Positions 45,448 to 54,083 of a DNA stretch of 55,826 bases are shown piece by piece. The translations under genes and the position numbers were made by a program. Every line of letters starts with the position of its first letter. The stretch's first letter is position 1. The DNA comes from Anaerolineales bacterium (GTDB lineage: Bacteria; Chloroflexota; Anaerolineae; Anaerolineales; E44-bin32). The notes below the pieces were generated by a model, which worked only from the letters and a program-made list of their open reading frames with translations, was not told the origin of the DNA and made no database searches. The stretch covers positions 1 through 55,826 of the forward strand of contig DAIRVC010000001.1 of NCBI GenBank assembly GCA_036803025.1. The letters run 5' to 3'.

Positions 45448-47056
45448 GGGCCTGACCTACACCTACCCGCAGCGGCAGCGGCCGGCGCTGCAGGATATAG
45501 ACCTGCACGTCCAGGCGGGCGAAGCGGTCCTGGTTGCCGGCCGATCGGGATCCGGGAAATCGACACTGCTGCGCGCCTGCAACGGGTTGGTGCCGCGCTT
45601 CTACGGCGGCCGCTTTGCAGGCCGGGTTGTGGTCGGCGGGCTGGATACCCGCAGCGCCGCGCCGGCGCTTCTGGCCGGCAAAGCCGGCCTGGTCTTCCAG
45701 GAGCCGCAGGGCCGATTCCTGACCTCGACCGTCGCTGATGAGATTGCCTTCGGCCTGGAGATCGCCGGCCTCGCGGCGGCAACCATCCGCCAGCGCGTGG
45801 GCGATATCTTGGAGCGCCTGGAGTTGACGGGCCTCGTCGATCGGCCGCTCGACCGGCTGTCCGGTGGTGAGCAGCAGCGCGTGGCGATTGCAGCCGCTCT
45901 GGCGCGACAGCCGCAGCTGCTTGTCCTGGATGAACCGACTTCGCAACTCGACGGGCAATCGGCCGAAGCCGTCTTGGCCTGGGTGACCGAGTTGCGGCAC
46001 AGGCTGGGCCTGACCGCGCTGATCGCCGAGCATCGGCTAGGCCGGCTTCTTGCGGCCGTGGACCGTGTATTCTATCTCCCGGAGACCACGGGCGCCGGAA
46101 TGGCCGGCCCCCCCGCCGCCATCCTCGAGCGCATGCCCTTTGGGCCCCCGCTGTCCCGGCTATCGCGGGCGTGGGGACTCCCGGCGCCGATCAGCCCGGA
46201 GTCGCTGGAGACCTTGCGCCGGAAAGTGCTGGGTCTTGCGCCGGGCGCGGGACGATCGCTCCCGGCAGGCCAGGCCCGGCTGTCTGCGAGCGGGCTTTCG
46301 TTCGCCTACAATGGCATCCCGGCGCTTGTGGAGGTCGGACTGGAGGTGCGGCCGGGCGAGGTGCTGGCCGTGCTGGGCCGGAACGGCTCGGGCAAGTCGA
46401 CGCTGCTGCGCGTGCTGATGGGCCTGCTGCGAGCCTCGCACGGCGAGGTCAGGCTGGATGGGGAACGACTGGACGAGACGCCGGTCCCGCTGCGTGCCCG
46501 CCGGATCGGATATGTTCCGCAGTGGCCCTCGGCGCTGCTCTTCGCCGATAGCCTGCTGGAGGAGCTGTGGATCACCCTGCGGAATCACGGGCTGGAGGAG
46601 GCGCCGCCCCTCCCGCCGGAAACGCTGCTGCGAGACCTGGGGCTGACGCAAGTGGCCAGTCACTATCCGCGTGACCTCTCTGCCGGAGAGCAGCAGCGGG
46701 CGGCCATTGCCGCAGTGCTGGTGGCACGCCCGGGCGTCGTCCTGCTGGACGAACCAACCCTGGGGATCGACCCGCTGGCACAGCAGGAGATCGGGCACCT
46801 GCTGGATCGGTGGCGGGGCGAGGGCATGGCCATCGTCCTGGCGACGCACGACGTCGAGTTCGCCGCGGCGTACTCGGATCGGGCGATGATCTTGGATCGG
46901 GGGAGCGTGGTGGCGGTCGGGCCGACAGCGGAGACGCTCTTTGGGCAGCCGATGCTACGGACCGCCCTGCAGCAACTGACCGGGAGGGCTCGACCGGCCA
47001 GCCCGGATGAACTGCTCAACGATCGGGGTCCAGGAGAGGCACATGCCGAGCATTGA
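45434..47056 (+). CDS. Fused double ABC ATPase (EcfA1-EcfA2 / CbiO-like)
   Basis: Both sets of motifs are present: GRSGSGKST / LSGGEQQRVAIA / LLVLDEPT and GRNGSGKST / LSAGEQQRAAIA / VVLLDEPT. The 14-nt overlap is with the T gene. Confidence 0.88.
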   Translation: MLAVEGLTYTYPQRQRPALQDIDLHVQAGEAVLVAGRSGSGKSTLLRACNGLVPRFYGGRFAGRVVVGGLDTRSAAPALLAGKAGLVFQEPQGRFLTSTVADEIAFGLEIAGLAAATIRQRVGDILERLELTGLVDRPLDRLSGGEQQRVAIAAALARQPQLLVLDEPTSQLDGQSAEAVLAWVTELRHRLGLTALIAEHRLGRLLAAVDRVFYLPETTGAGMAGPPAAILERMPFGPPLSRLSRAWGLPAPISPESLETLRRKVLGLAPGAGRSLPAGQARLSASGLSFAYNGIPALVEVGLEVRPGEVLAVLGRNGSGKSTLLRVLMGLLRASHGEVRLDGERLDETPVPLRARRIGYVPQWPSALLFADSLLEELWITLRNHGLEEAPPLPPETLLRDLGLTQVASHYPRDLSAGEQQRAAIAAVLVARPGVVLLDEPTLGIDPLAQQEIGHLLDRWRGEGMAIVLATHDVEFAAAYSDRAMILDRGSVVAVGPTAETLFGQPMLRTALQQLTGRARPASPDELLNDRGPGEAHAEH

Positions 47057-47678
47057 ACAGGCGCGGGCCTGGTATGACCCGCGCGATCCGGTGCACGGTT
47101 TCGATCATGTCCTGCGGGTGCTGAGGCTGGCCGAGCGGCTCGGACGTGAGGAAGGTGCCGACCTGGAGATCCTGCGCGCCGCGGCCTTGTTGCACGATGC
47201 TGCGGGAGCCCACCCGGGCCAGGGTCAGGCGCGGGCTCAGCACGAGCAGCGCTCGGCCGAATTCGCCGGCGAGGTGCTGGCGCAGGAGGGCTGGCCGGCC
47301 GAGAGGATCGCCGCCGTGCAACACTGCGTGCGGGCTCATCGCTTCCGCGGTCACGACCGGCCGGAGACGGCCGAGGCGCGCGTGCTGTTTGATGCCGACA
47401 AGCTGGACGTGATGGGCGCGTTCGGCGCGGCGCGGACGATCGGCTACGCCGTGCAGGCCGGCCTGCCGGTCTACAGCGAGCCTTCAGCGCAGTTCCTGGA
47501 GACCGGCCGGGAAGCTCCCGGGGAGGAGCACAGCGCCTACCATGAGTACCTGTTCAAGCTGCGCCATGTGCGCGAACGCCTGCTGACCGAGGCGGCCCGC
47601 CGGCTGGGCGAACGCCGCCACGCGGCGTTGACGGCGTTCTTCGAGCAGCTGGCGGCCGAATCGCGGGCCGAAGCCTAG
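47043..47678 (+). CDS. HD-domain metal-dependent phosphohydrolase
   Basis: It contains HGFDHVLRVLRLA ... AALLHDA (H...HD) and FDADKLD. The ATG overlaps the ATPase gene end by 14 nt. Confidence 0.75.
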   Translation: MPSIEQARAWYDPRDPVHGFDHVLRVLRLAERLGREEGADLEILRAAALLHDAAGAHPGQGQARAQHEQRSAEFAGEVLAQEGWPAERIAAVQHCVRAHRFRGHDRPETAEARVLFDADKLDVMGAFGAARTIGYAVQAGLPVYSEPSAQFLETGREAPGEEHSAYHEYLFKLRHVRERLLTEAARRLGERRHAALTAFFEQLAAESRAEA

Positions 47679-47770
47679 CCGGCGCATTTCATCCGTTCAA
47701 CCCGCGCAGCCTCCGTCGACGAAACCCCGCCTGCCCAGGCGGGCGCGAGGCTTTCGGCGCGCGCGGTTCA

Positions 47771-47799
47771 TTGACCGCCAGGACGTCGGCTGGTATCAT
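47771..47799 (+). promoter_or_regulatory. Sigma70-type promoter for surE (TTGACC-17 nt-TATCAT)
   Basis: Hexamers were read directly, 18 nt upstream of ATG 47817. Confidence 0.55.
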
Positions 47800-47816
47800 G
47801 ACCGCAGGACTCCGAA

Positions 47817-48665
47817 ATGGAAAACGATCACAAACCGCAAATACTGCTGACCAATGATGATGGTATCCGCTCGCCCGGGTTGTGGGCGGCGGCCGAGGCG
47901 CTGGAACGCATCGGCTTCGTCACCGTCGCCGCGCCGCGCGAGCAATCCTCCGGTGCCGGCCGCGGCATGCCGCTCGGCTCGGACGGCCGCATCCGGCAGG
48001 AGCAGGTCGAGGTCGGCGGCAAGCGCTGGACCGTCTACGCGGTCGGCGGCTCGCCGGCCCAAGCGGTGCAGCACGGCATCCTGGAACTGATGCCGCGCAA
48101 GCCCGACCTGGTCGTCTCGGGGATCAACTACGGGGAGAACCTGGGCACGGGCGTGACGATCTCCGGGACGGTCGGGGCAGCGCTGGAAGGCGCCGCCGCC
48201 GGCGTGCCGGCGCTGGCGATCTCAGTCGAGACCGATCCGGCCCTTCACCTCACGCACTCGCCCGAGACCGACTTCTCCGGCGCAGCCCATTTCACCCGCC
48301 TTTTCGCTGAACTGCTGCTGCAGTTGGATCGCCCGGCCGATCTGGATGTGCTTAAAGTCGACGTGCCGGCCGAAGCGACGGCCGAGACTCCCTGGCGGGT
48401 GACGCGCCTATCGCGGGCGCGCTACTTCGTGCCGGTGAGACCTGTGCGCCAGCGGCTGGAGGACCGGGCCGGCGTCGGCTACAAGATCGACGTGGACGAT
48501 TCGGCCTTGGAGCCGGACTCGGACACCTACGCGCTGCGAGTGGACCGGGTGGTCGCGGTGACTCCGCTCAGCCTGGACTTGACCTCCCGCCTCAAGCTCG
48601 ATGCGATCGAGCGCTTGCTTCGAGAGGACCTACCTCAAGGTCGAGCGGTACAAGCGGCGCGCTAG
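47817..48665 (+). CDS. surE: 5'/3'-nucleotidase SurE
   Basis: It contains ILLTNDDGIRSPGL, SGINYGENLG and GTVGAALEG. Confidence 0.92.
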   Translation: MENDHKPQILLTNDDGIRSPGLWAAAEALERIGFVTVAAPREQSSGAGRGMPLGSDGRIRQEQVEVGGKRWTVYAVGGSPAQAVQHGILELMPRKPDLVVSGINYGENLGTGVTISGTVGAALEGAAAGVPALAISVETDPALHLTHSPETDFSGAAHFTRLFAELLLQLDRPADLDVLKVDVPAEATAETPWRVTRLSRARYFVPVRPVRQRLEDRAGVGYKIDVDDSALEPDSDTYALRVDRVVAVTPLSLDLTSRLKLDAIERLLREDLPQGRAVQAAR

Positions 48666-49441
48666 CCCGCAAGCACTTCCAGCAGGCTGTCGTGGAGCAA
48701 TCCATTGCTGGCCAGAATCGAGCTCGGCTCGGCCAGGGGGTCCGCCTGGCCGTCCATGCGCGACGTCCGCCCGCCGGCCTCCTGTACCAGCAGCAGCCCG
48801 GCGGCTAGATCCCAGGCGGATAGTCGCATGCCCCAGAAGGCGTCCACCCGGCCGGCAGCGACATAAGCCAGGTTGATGGCCGCCGAGCCCAGCCGCCGTA
48901 CGTCATGGGTCCGCAGGCACACAGCCGCGAATTGCGCCAGGTTGTTGTCGGGGTTGCTGCGCAGGTCGTAGGGGAAGCTTGTGGCTGCCAGGCAATCATC
49001 CAGCGCATGCGTGGCCGAGACGGACACCGGCTGGTCGTTCAGTAGTGCGCCCTGTCCGAGGCCGGCGGCGAAGAGCTCATCGCGTAGCGGGTCGTAGACG
49101 ACGCCCAGGATCGTCCGACCGTTGTGCGCGCAGGCGATGGAGACCGAGAAGATGGGCAGGCCATGCGCGAAATTGGAGGTTCCGTCCAGCGGATCGACTA
49201 GCCAGCGCCACTCCCCGCTGCCGCTGGCGCCGCTCTCCTCCGCCAGAACGGCGTCCCCCGGATAGGCACGCCGCAGACCGTCCAGGATGATCTCTTCGCT
49301 GCGCACATCGTACTCGGTCACCAGGTCGACCACGCCCTTGCGGTCGACATGCATCGACTTGCCGTAGCCCTCCCGCAGCAGCGCTCCGGCTTGCCGGGCC
49401 AGCCCGATCGCCAAGGCCAATCGCTCTTCGCTCATGGGCAC
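48662..49441 (-). CDS. Inositol monophosphatase family protein (SuhB-like)
   Basis: It contains EESG, WLVDPLDGTSNF and GSAAINLAYVAAGRVDAFW. The stop shares the CTAG tetranucleotide with the surE stop. Confidence 0.85.
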   Translation of the reverse strand: MPMSEERLALAIGLARQAGALLREGYGKSMHVDRKGVVDLVTEYDVRSEEIILDGLRRAYPGDAVLAEESGASGSGEWRWLVDPLDGTSNFAHGLPIFSVSIACAHNGRTILGVVYDPLRDELFAAGLGQGALLNDQPVSVSATHALDDCLAATSFPYDLRSNPDNNLAQFAAVCLRTHDVRRLGSAAINLAYVAAGRVDAFWGMRLSAWDLAAGLLLVQEAGGRTSRMDGQADPLAEPSSILASNGLLHDSLLEVLAG

Positions 49442-49584
49442 ACCAGGACCCCTTCATGGATTGCGTGCCGGCCCAGCAGACCACGGCCCGGCGGCGCGCC
49501 CGCATTCTATCAGGCTGGCAGCCGGATCCGGGCCGGCGGATTCGATCCCGCTGGACCTCAATCGCCGAGGCGGGCCGCGGCCGG

Positions 49585-50826
49585 TCAGAGGGTCCAGACG
49601 GAGAGCGTCTCGATATGAAAAGTCTGTGGGAAGAGATCAAAGGGGGTGACGCTGTCCAGCCGGTAGCCCCCATCCGCCAGCTGGCGAGCATCGCGTGCCA
49701 GGGTCGCCGGATCGCAGGAGACATAGACCAGGCGGGGCGAGCGGCGCGCCAGGAGCGACTTGACCACGGTCGATCCCAATCCGGCGCGCGGCGGATCGAT
49801 AAGAACCGCATCCGGTCGCGCGTCGATGGCCGGGAGCGCCTCTTCCACCGAAGCCTCGAACAGACTGACCGCCTCGAATCGGCCGAGGTTGTGCTCGAAG
49901 TCGGCGCAGGCGCTGGCCGACTCCTCGACGGCGACCACCTGTGCGCCGGCGTCGGCCAGGTAGGCGCTGAACAGCCCGACACCGGCGTACAGGTCGAAGA
50001 CCGTCTGCCCGGGCGTGACAGTCAAAGAGGACAGGGCGCGGGCAGCCAGCTCGGCGGCCAGTGCGCTGTGGACCTGGAAGAAGGAGGCGGCCGAGACGCG
50101 GAAGAGGTGCGGCCCGACCTGCATGACGAGGTGGTCGGTGCCGGCCAGCACAACCGACCCCGTCGGCCACGACCAGACGACCGACGTAGGATGGTCGACC
50201 GCCAACTCGATATCGGGCTCGCGGTCGGCCTCGAACAGGATCAGGCACTCGTCGTCGGCCCCACAGCGCAGCACCACGCGCCGCAGCCCTGCGATCGGGG
50301 CGAGGTCGAGCCGGGGCCACAGGTCGGCCAGCGGCGGCACAGGCAGGTGGCACTCCTCGAGGGTGACCATACGCTGTGAGCCGGCCGCCTGGAGCGCCAG
50401 ACGCCCGCCGGCATCGACCGAGAACTGCATATGGTTGCGCGTGTTCCAGGGGGTCGGTGAGGCGACGGTCGCCTGAACGGGCGGGTCGACGAATCCGCCC
50501 AGTCGCCGCAGCTGGGCGGCGACGATCTCACGCTTGGCGGCCAACTGCGCCGTGTATGTCAAGTGCTGGTAGTGACACCCGCCGCAATGCATGAAGTGCC
50601 GGCAGCGGGCCGCGATCCGGTCGGGCGAGGATTCAAGGACCTCGACCAGGCGAGCGCGCGCCCAACGCTCATGCGCCTCGGTGACCTCAGCCAGGATGCG
50701 TTCGCCCGGCGCGGCGAAGGGGACGAAGACCATGCGCCCGTTCGCCTCGCGGCCGAAGGCTTCCCCGCCGTAGGCGGCGCCGCTCAGGGTGAGCTCCAGC
50801 CGTTCCACAGATGGCGTCCCTCTCAA
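49585..50826 (-). CDS. 23S rRNA (uracil-C5)-methyltransferase, RlmD/RumA family (TRAM + Fe-S + SAM MTase)
   Basis: It has a TRAM-like N-terminus, the Cys cluster CRHFMHCGGCHYQH, DLYAGVGLFS, DPPRAGL and VYVSCDPATLARD. The start is uncertain (TTG 50826 or GTG 50808). Confidence 0.85.
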   Translation of the reverse strand: MRGTPSVERLELTLSGAAYGGEAFGREANGRMVFVPFAAPGERILAEVTEAHERWARARLVEVLESSPDRIAARCRHFMHCGGCHYQHLTYTAQLAAKREIVAAQLRRLGGFVDPPVQATVASPTPWNTRNHMQFSVDAGGRLALQAAGSQRMVTLEECHLPVPPLADLWPRLDLAPIAGLRRVVLRCGADDECLILFEADREPDIELAVDHPTSVVWSWPTGSVVLAGTDHLVMQVGPHLFRVSAASFFQVHSALAAELAARALSSLTVTPGQTVFDLYAGVGLFSAYLADAGAQVVAVEESASACADFEHNLGRFEAVSLFEASVEEALPAIDARPDAVLIDPPRAGLGSTVVKSLLARRSPRLVYVSCDPATLARDARQLADGGYRLDSVTPFDLFPQTFHIETLSVWTL

Positions 50827-50854
50827 CAGGATAGATCCGTCAGTGAAGCCTGGG

Positions 50855-52348
50855 TCAGTAGCCGAAGTGCTGTCGACTGCCGCCGGCGGCGAGTGCGGTC
50901 ATGAGGCGCGGCAGGTCGCGCGCCACGTCCCAGGTCAACATGACGATCAGGATCAGCGTGGCCGCCAGAACCAGCCAGGTGCCGGTCTGCCGACGGCGCA
51001 GATCGGTGACTAGTCGGCGCACCGGATGCACACTGGTCCAGGCGCCCGCGGCGTAGGCCGCCAGAAGGGGTACGAGCGGCAAGTGGAAGCGGGCCTCAGC
51101 CAGGATGGGGATGTAGGCCAGCAAGGTTGTGCCGACAAGGGCAAGGGCTAACGCACGCGGGCGACCCTCCACAGCCCAGGCCATGCCCCACGGCGCCGCC
51201 AGGCTGACGCCGATCCAGGGCAGGACCAGCCACAGGTAGGCGGCTCCGAGCCACGGTTGAGGGATCTCTCCCAGGAAGCCGTTGCTGTAGAAGTAGATCA
51301 GTTCTCGGTCCTCGAGTCCCCAGAAGTGCGTCATGCGCGAGGCCAAGAGCCAGATGGCCCGCGACGGGTCGTCGCGGACGAAGCCGAGCGCTTGTGCGGT
51401 CGCCCAGCGATCGCGCTGGCCGTCGTCCAGGAACCGCAGCGGCTGAACCGCAGCGGTGGTGTTGAACCCGCCATCCCCCTGGGGGTAATAGCCCACATAC
51501 AGATTGTAGCCGGCGGAGTTGTCGACAAAGGCTGGCCGTCCCAGCAGCAGGCTGTTGCGGATCATCCAGGGAAGCAGGACCAGGCTTGCGGCTGCGGCGA
51601 GGACAAGGCTGCGACAGAGGCGGGCGCGCGATGGGCCGGGTCGGGTGGAGAGCGGCCAGGCCAACCACGCGGCGGCCAGCGGCAGAAAGAGGACCAGGGC
51701 GCCGCGGGTGAGGGTGGCGAACCCGAGCGCGAGGCCTGCCAGTGCGGCCGACTGCCAGCGCCTGGAGCGGTCGGCGAAAAGGAGGAAGAGCAACCCCAGC
51801 AGGAGCGCCGGAAGGTAGACATTCTCGGAGGCCAGCCCGATCGGGTACACCCACAGGATCGGGTACAGCGCAACGACCGCGCCGGCAATGCGGGCGGGGG
51901 GCAACCGCAGGCCAAGTGCGACAGCCAACGCGGCCGTCCCGGGAGCGAGCAGCGCTCCCAGGAGGGCCTGGATCAGCCGCACCGCGGCCAGGCGGTCGGT
52001 CATCCCGACGACGGCGTAGACAGCCGCCAGGAAGAAGGGGTAACCAGGCGGGCGAAAGGTCGTCAGGTATCCGGCCTCGGGAACGGAGTCGGTCGGCAGG
52101 TCGACACCGTAGTACCGGTCCAGATACGGGCGCAGCTGCTCGACATCGCTGCGCCCATACCAGCGATAGCCGTCGCCGGCAGCCAACGAGCGACCGAGCA
52201 TGTCGTACTGGAACATGTCGTCCAGACCAAGGGGCAGGTCGAGGAAGGTCAGGGCAAGCGCAAGGCGCGGCACCAAAGCCAGCAGGAACAAAGCCCCGAG
52301 CCAACGAGGGGAGAGCGTGAGTGGGGAGGGGGGCCCGGTGGACCGCAT
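50855..52348 (-). CDS. ArnT/PMT-like (GT39/GT83-type) polytopic glycosyltransferase
   Basis: There are about 11 TM helices, and the first loop DDMFQYDMLGRSLAAGDGY resembles the ArnT/PMT_2 acidic loop. Confidence 0.65.
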   Translation of the reverse strand: MRSTGPPSPLTLSPRWLGALFLLALVPRLALALTFLDLPLGLDDMFQYDMLGRSLAAGDGYRWYGRSDVEQLRPYLDRYYGVDLPTDSVPEAGYLTTFRPPGYPFFLAAVYAVVGMTDRLAAVRLIQALLGALLAPGTAALAVALGLRLPPARIAGAVVALYPILWVYPIGLASENVYLPALLLGLLFLLFADRSRRWQSAALAGLALGFATLTRGALVLFLPLAAAWLAWPLSTRPGPSRARLCRSLVLAAAASLVLLPWMIRNSLLLGRPAFVDNSAGYNLYVGYYPQGDGGFNTTAAVQPLRFLDDGQRDRWATAQALGFVRDDPSRAIWLLASRMTHFWGLEDRELIYFYSNGFLGEIPQPWLGAAYLWLVLPWIGVSLAAPWGMAWAVEGRPRALALALVGTTLLAYIPILAEARFHLPLVPLLAAYAAGAWTSVHPVRRLVTDLRRRQTGTWLVLAATLILIVMLTWDVARDLPRLMTALAAGGSRQHFGY

Positions 52349-52380
52349 GGGTGGTGGCGCCGAAGAGTCGCCGGGACTGA

Positions 52381-53451
52381 CTAGGCTTGCCCGTCGAGGA
52401 AGGCGTCGATGTGGCCAAGAAGGCGCTCGACATCGTCGAGCCGGGTCTCACCCAGATGGCCGATGCGGAAGGTGCGGTTCTTGAGCGGCCCGTACCCGTT
52501 GGCGATCACCATACCGTGGCGGGCCAGACATGCATTCAGCTCATTGACGTCCAGATTGCGCGTGTTGTTGATGGCTGTGACCGTCTTAGAGCGATAACCC
52601 TCGCGGGCGAGCAGGCCGAGGCGCGCCTGCGCCCAATCCTGGACGCGGGCAGCCATGGCTTGGTGTCGAGCGTAGCGCCTATCCAGGCCCTCAGCCAGCA
52701 TGTGCGTCAGCTGCACTTCGAGTGCGTACAGGAGGGAGATGGCCGGGGTGGCCGGCGTGGTGTTCTGGGAAAGGGCGTGGTCGAGCAGGACGAAATCGAA
52801 GTACCAGCCGCGGTGTGGGATCGCACGGGCGCGCGCCATAGCCCGATCGCTGACCGCGGCGAAGGCCAAGCCGGGCGGCAGCGCGAAACACTTCTGTGAG
52901 GAGGTCAGGACGACATCGAGATCCCACTCATCCATCTCCAGGCGGACCCCGCCTGCGGACGAGACCGCGTCGACCAGGATCACCAAGTCCGGATTGACCC
53001 GACGCGCGCGGGCGGCCAGTTCGGACAGTGGGTTCTCGACGCCAGTCGAGCTCTCGTTGTGGACGATGGCCAGCGTGTCGTACGTTCGGCCGCGCAGCGC
53101 CTTCTCGAGCAGGTCAGGCGTGTGCGGCTGGCCCCAGTCGACATCGAGGCGGTCGGCGGGCAGGCCATTGGCGCAGGCGATGTCGAACCAGCGCTCGGCA
53201 AAGGCCCCCCCAATGCAGACCAGCAGGCGTTCGGCGACGCAGTTGCGCACCGCCGCCTCCTGCAGGCCGCTTCCGGATGAGGCGCTGATCAGGACGCGCT
53301 GACGGGTGTTGAAGACCTGTTGCAGGCCGGGCTGGAGCCGGGCGAACAGATCGGTGATCGTCTGGCTGCGGTGCCCGACCATAGGTCGGGTCTGCGCCGC
53401 CAGGGTCTCAGGCGAGACATCGGTGGGTCCGGGGATGAACAGGCGCGTCAT
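52381..53451 (-). CDS. Class V aminotransferase (serine--pyruvate / alanine--glyoxylate type)
   Basis: It has MTRLFIPGPTDVSPE, HNESSTGV and SSQKCFALPPGLAF (PLP lysine). ATG 53451 is preferred over ORF start 53616. Confidence 0.8.
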   Translation of the reverse strand: MTRLFIPGPTDVSPETLAAQTRPMVGHRSQTITDLFARLQPGLQQVFNTRQRVLISASSGSGLQEAAVRNCVAERLLVCIGGAFAERWFDIACANGLPADRLDVDWGQPHTPDLLEKALRGRTYDTLAIVHNESSTGVENPLSELAARARRVNPDLVILVDAVSSAGGVRLEMDEWDLDVVLTSSQKCFALPPGLAFAAVSDRAMARARAIPHRGWYFDFVLLDHALSQNTTPATPAISLLYALEVQLTHMLAEGLDRRYARHQAMAARVQDWAQARLGLLAREGYRSKTVTAINNTRNLDVNELNACLARHGMVIANGYGPLKNRTFRIGHLGETRLDDVERLLGHIDAFLDGQA

Positions 53452-53606
53452 AGGCACCGCGGGCGGGATCGGCTGGGGCGATTGTATCAGACCGCCCCGG
53501 CCGGCAGGCGTCCGGCTCCTGGCGGGTCCATCCTGCGGGCCTCCAGGGGCTGGGAGCCTTCCCAGCAGGGCTTCATCCACCAAATCGAGGATATTGAAGC
53601 GCGCAT

Positions 53607-53634
53607 TGACTCCCATGGCAAGTATCGTATAATG
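53607..53634 (+). promoter_or_regulatory. Sigma70-type promoter (TTGACT-16 nt-TATAAT)
   Basis: Consensus hexamers were read directly, ~25 nt upstream of the DUF2089 gene. Confidence 0.55.
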
Positions 53635-53657
53635 CCCTCAAGAATATTGAGTTCTAT

Positions 53658-54059
53658 GTGGATTTCCTTGGGAGGGCCGTGGTGAACCGTGTCCCGACGA
53701 CGTGCCCGGTGTGCAGTGAGCCGTTGGAGATCACCCGGTTGTACTGCAGGTCGTGCGACACGACTCTCGAGGGGCACTTCGAGGTCGGCCGGCTGGGTCG
53801 CCTGTCAGCCGAGCAGCTGGATTTCCTCGAGACCTTCGTGCGTTGCGAGGGGCGCCTGAACCGCATGGAGAAGGAGTTGGGGCTGTCGTACCCCACGCTG
53901 CGCTCTCGCTTGAACGAAGTGATCCGCAGTCTTGGGTTTCCGCTCGGGCCCGAGCCGCCGGTGCTTTCAGATGACGAGCGGCACCGCATCCTGGACGATC
54001 TCGCCGGCGGGCGGATTACCTCCGAGGAAGCCATGCGCTTGCTGCAGCGGGAGATCTAG
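53658..54059 (+). CDS. DUF2089-family zinc-ribbon/HTH protein
   Basis: It has CPVCSEPLEITRLYCRSCDTTLEG, then LSAEQLDFLETFVRCEGRLNRMEKELGLSYPTLRSRL. Confidence 0.7.
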   Translation: MDFLGRAVVNRVPTTCPVCSEPLEITRLYCRSCDTTLEGHFEVGRLGRLSAEQLDFLETFVRCEGRLNRMEKELGLSYPTLRSRLNEVIRSLGFPLGPEPPVLSDDERHRILDDLAGGRITSEEAMRLLQREI

Positions 54060-54083
54060 CTGCGCCGGCCGAGAACGGGGAGG

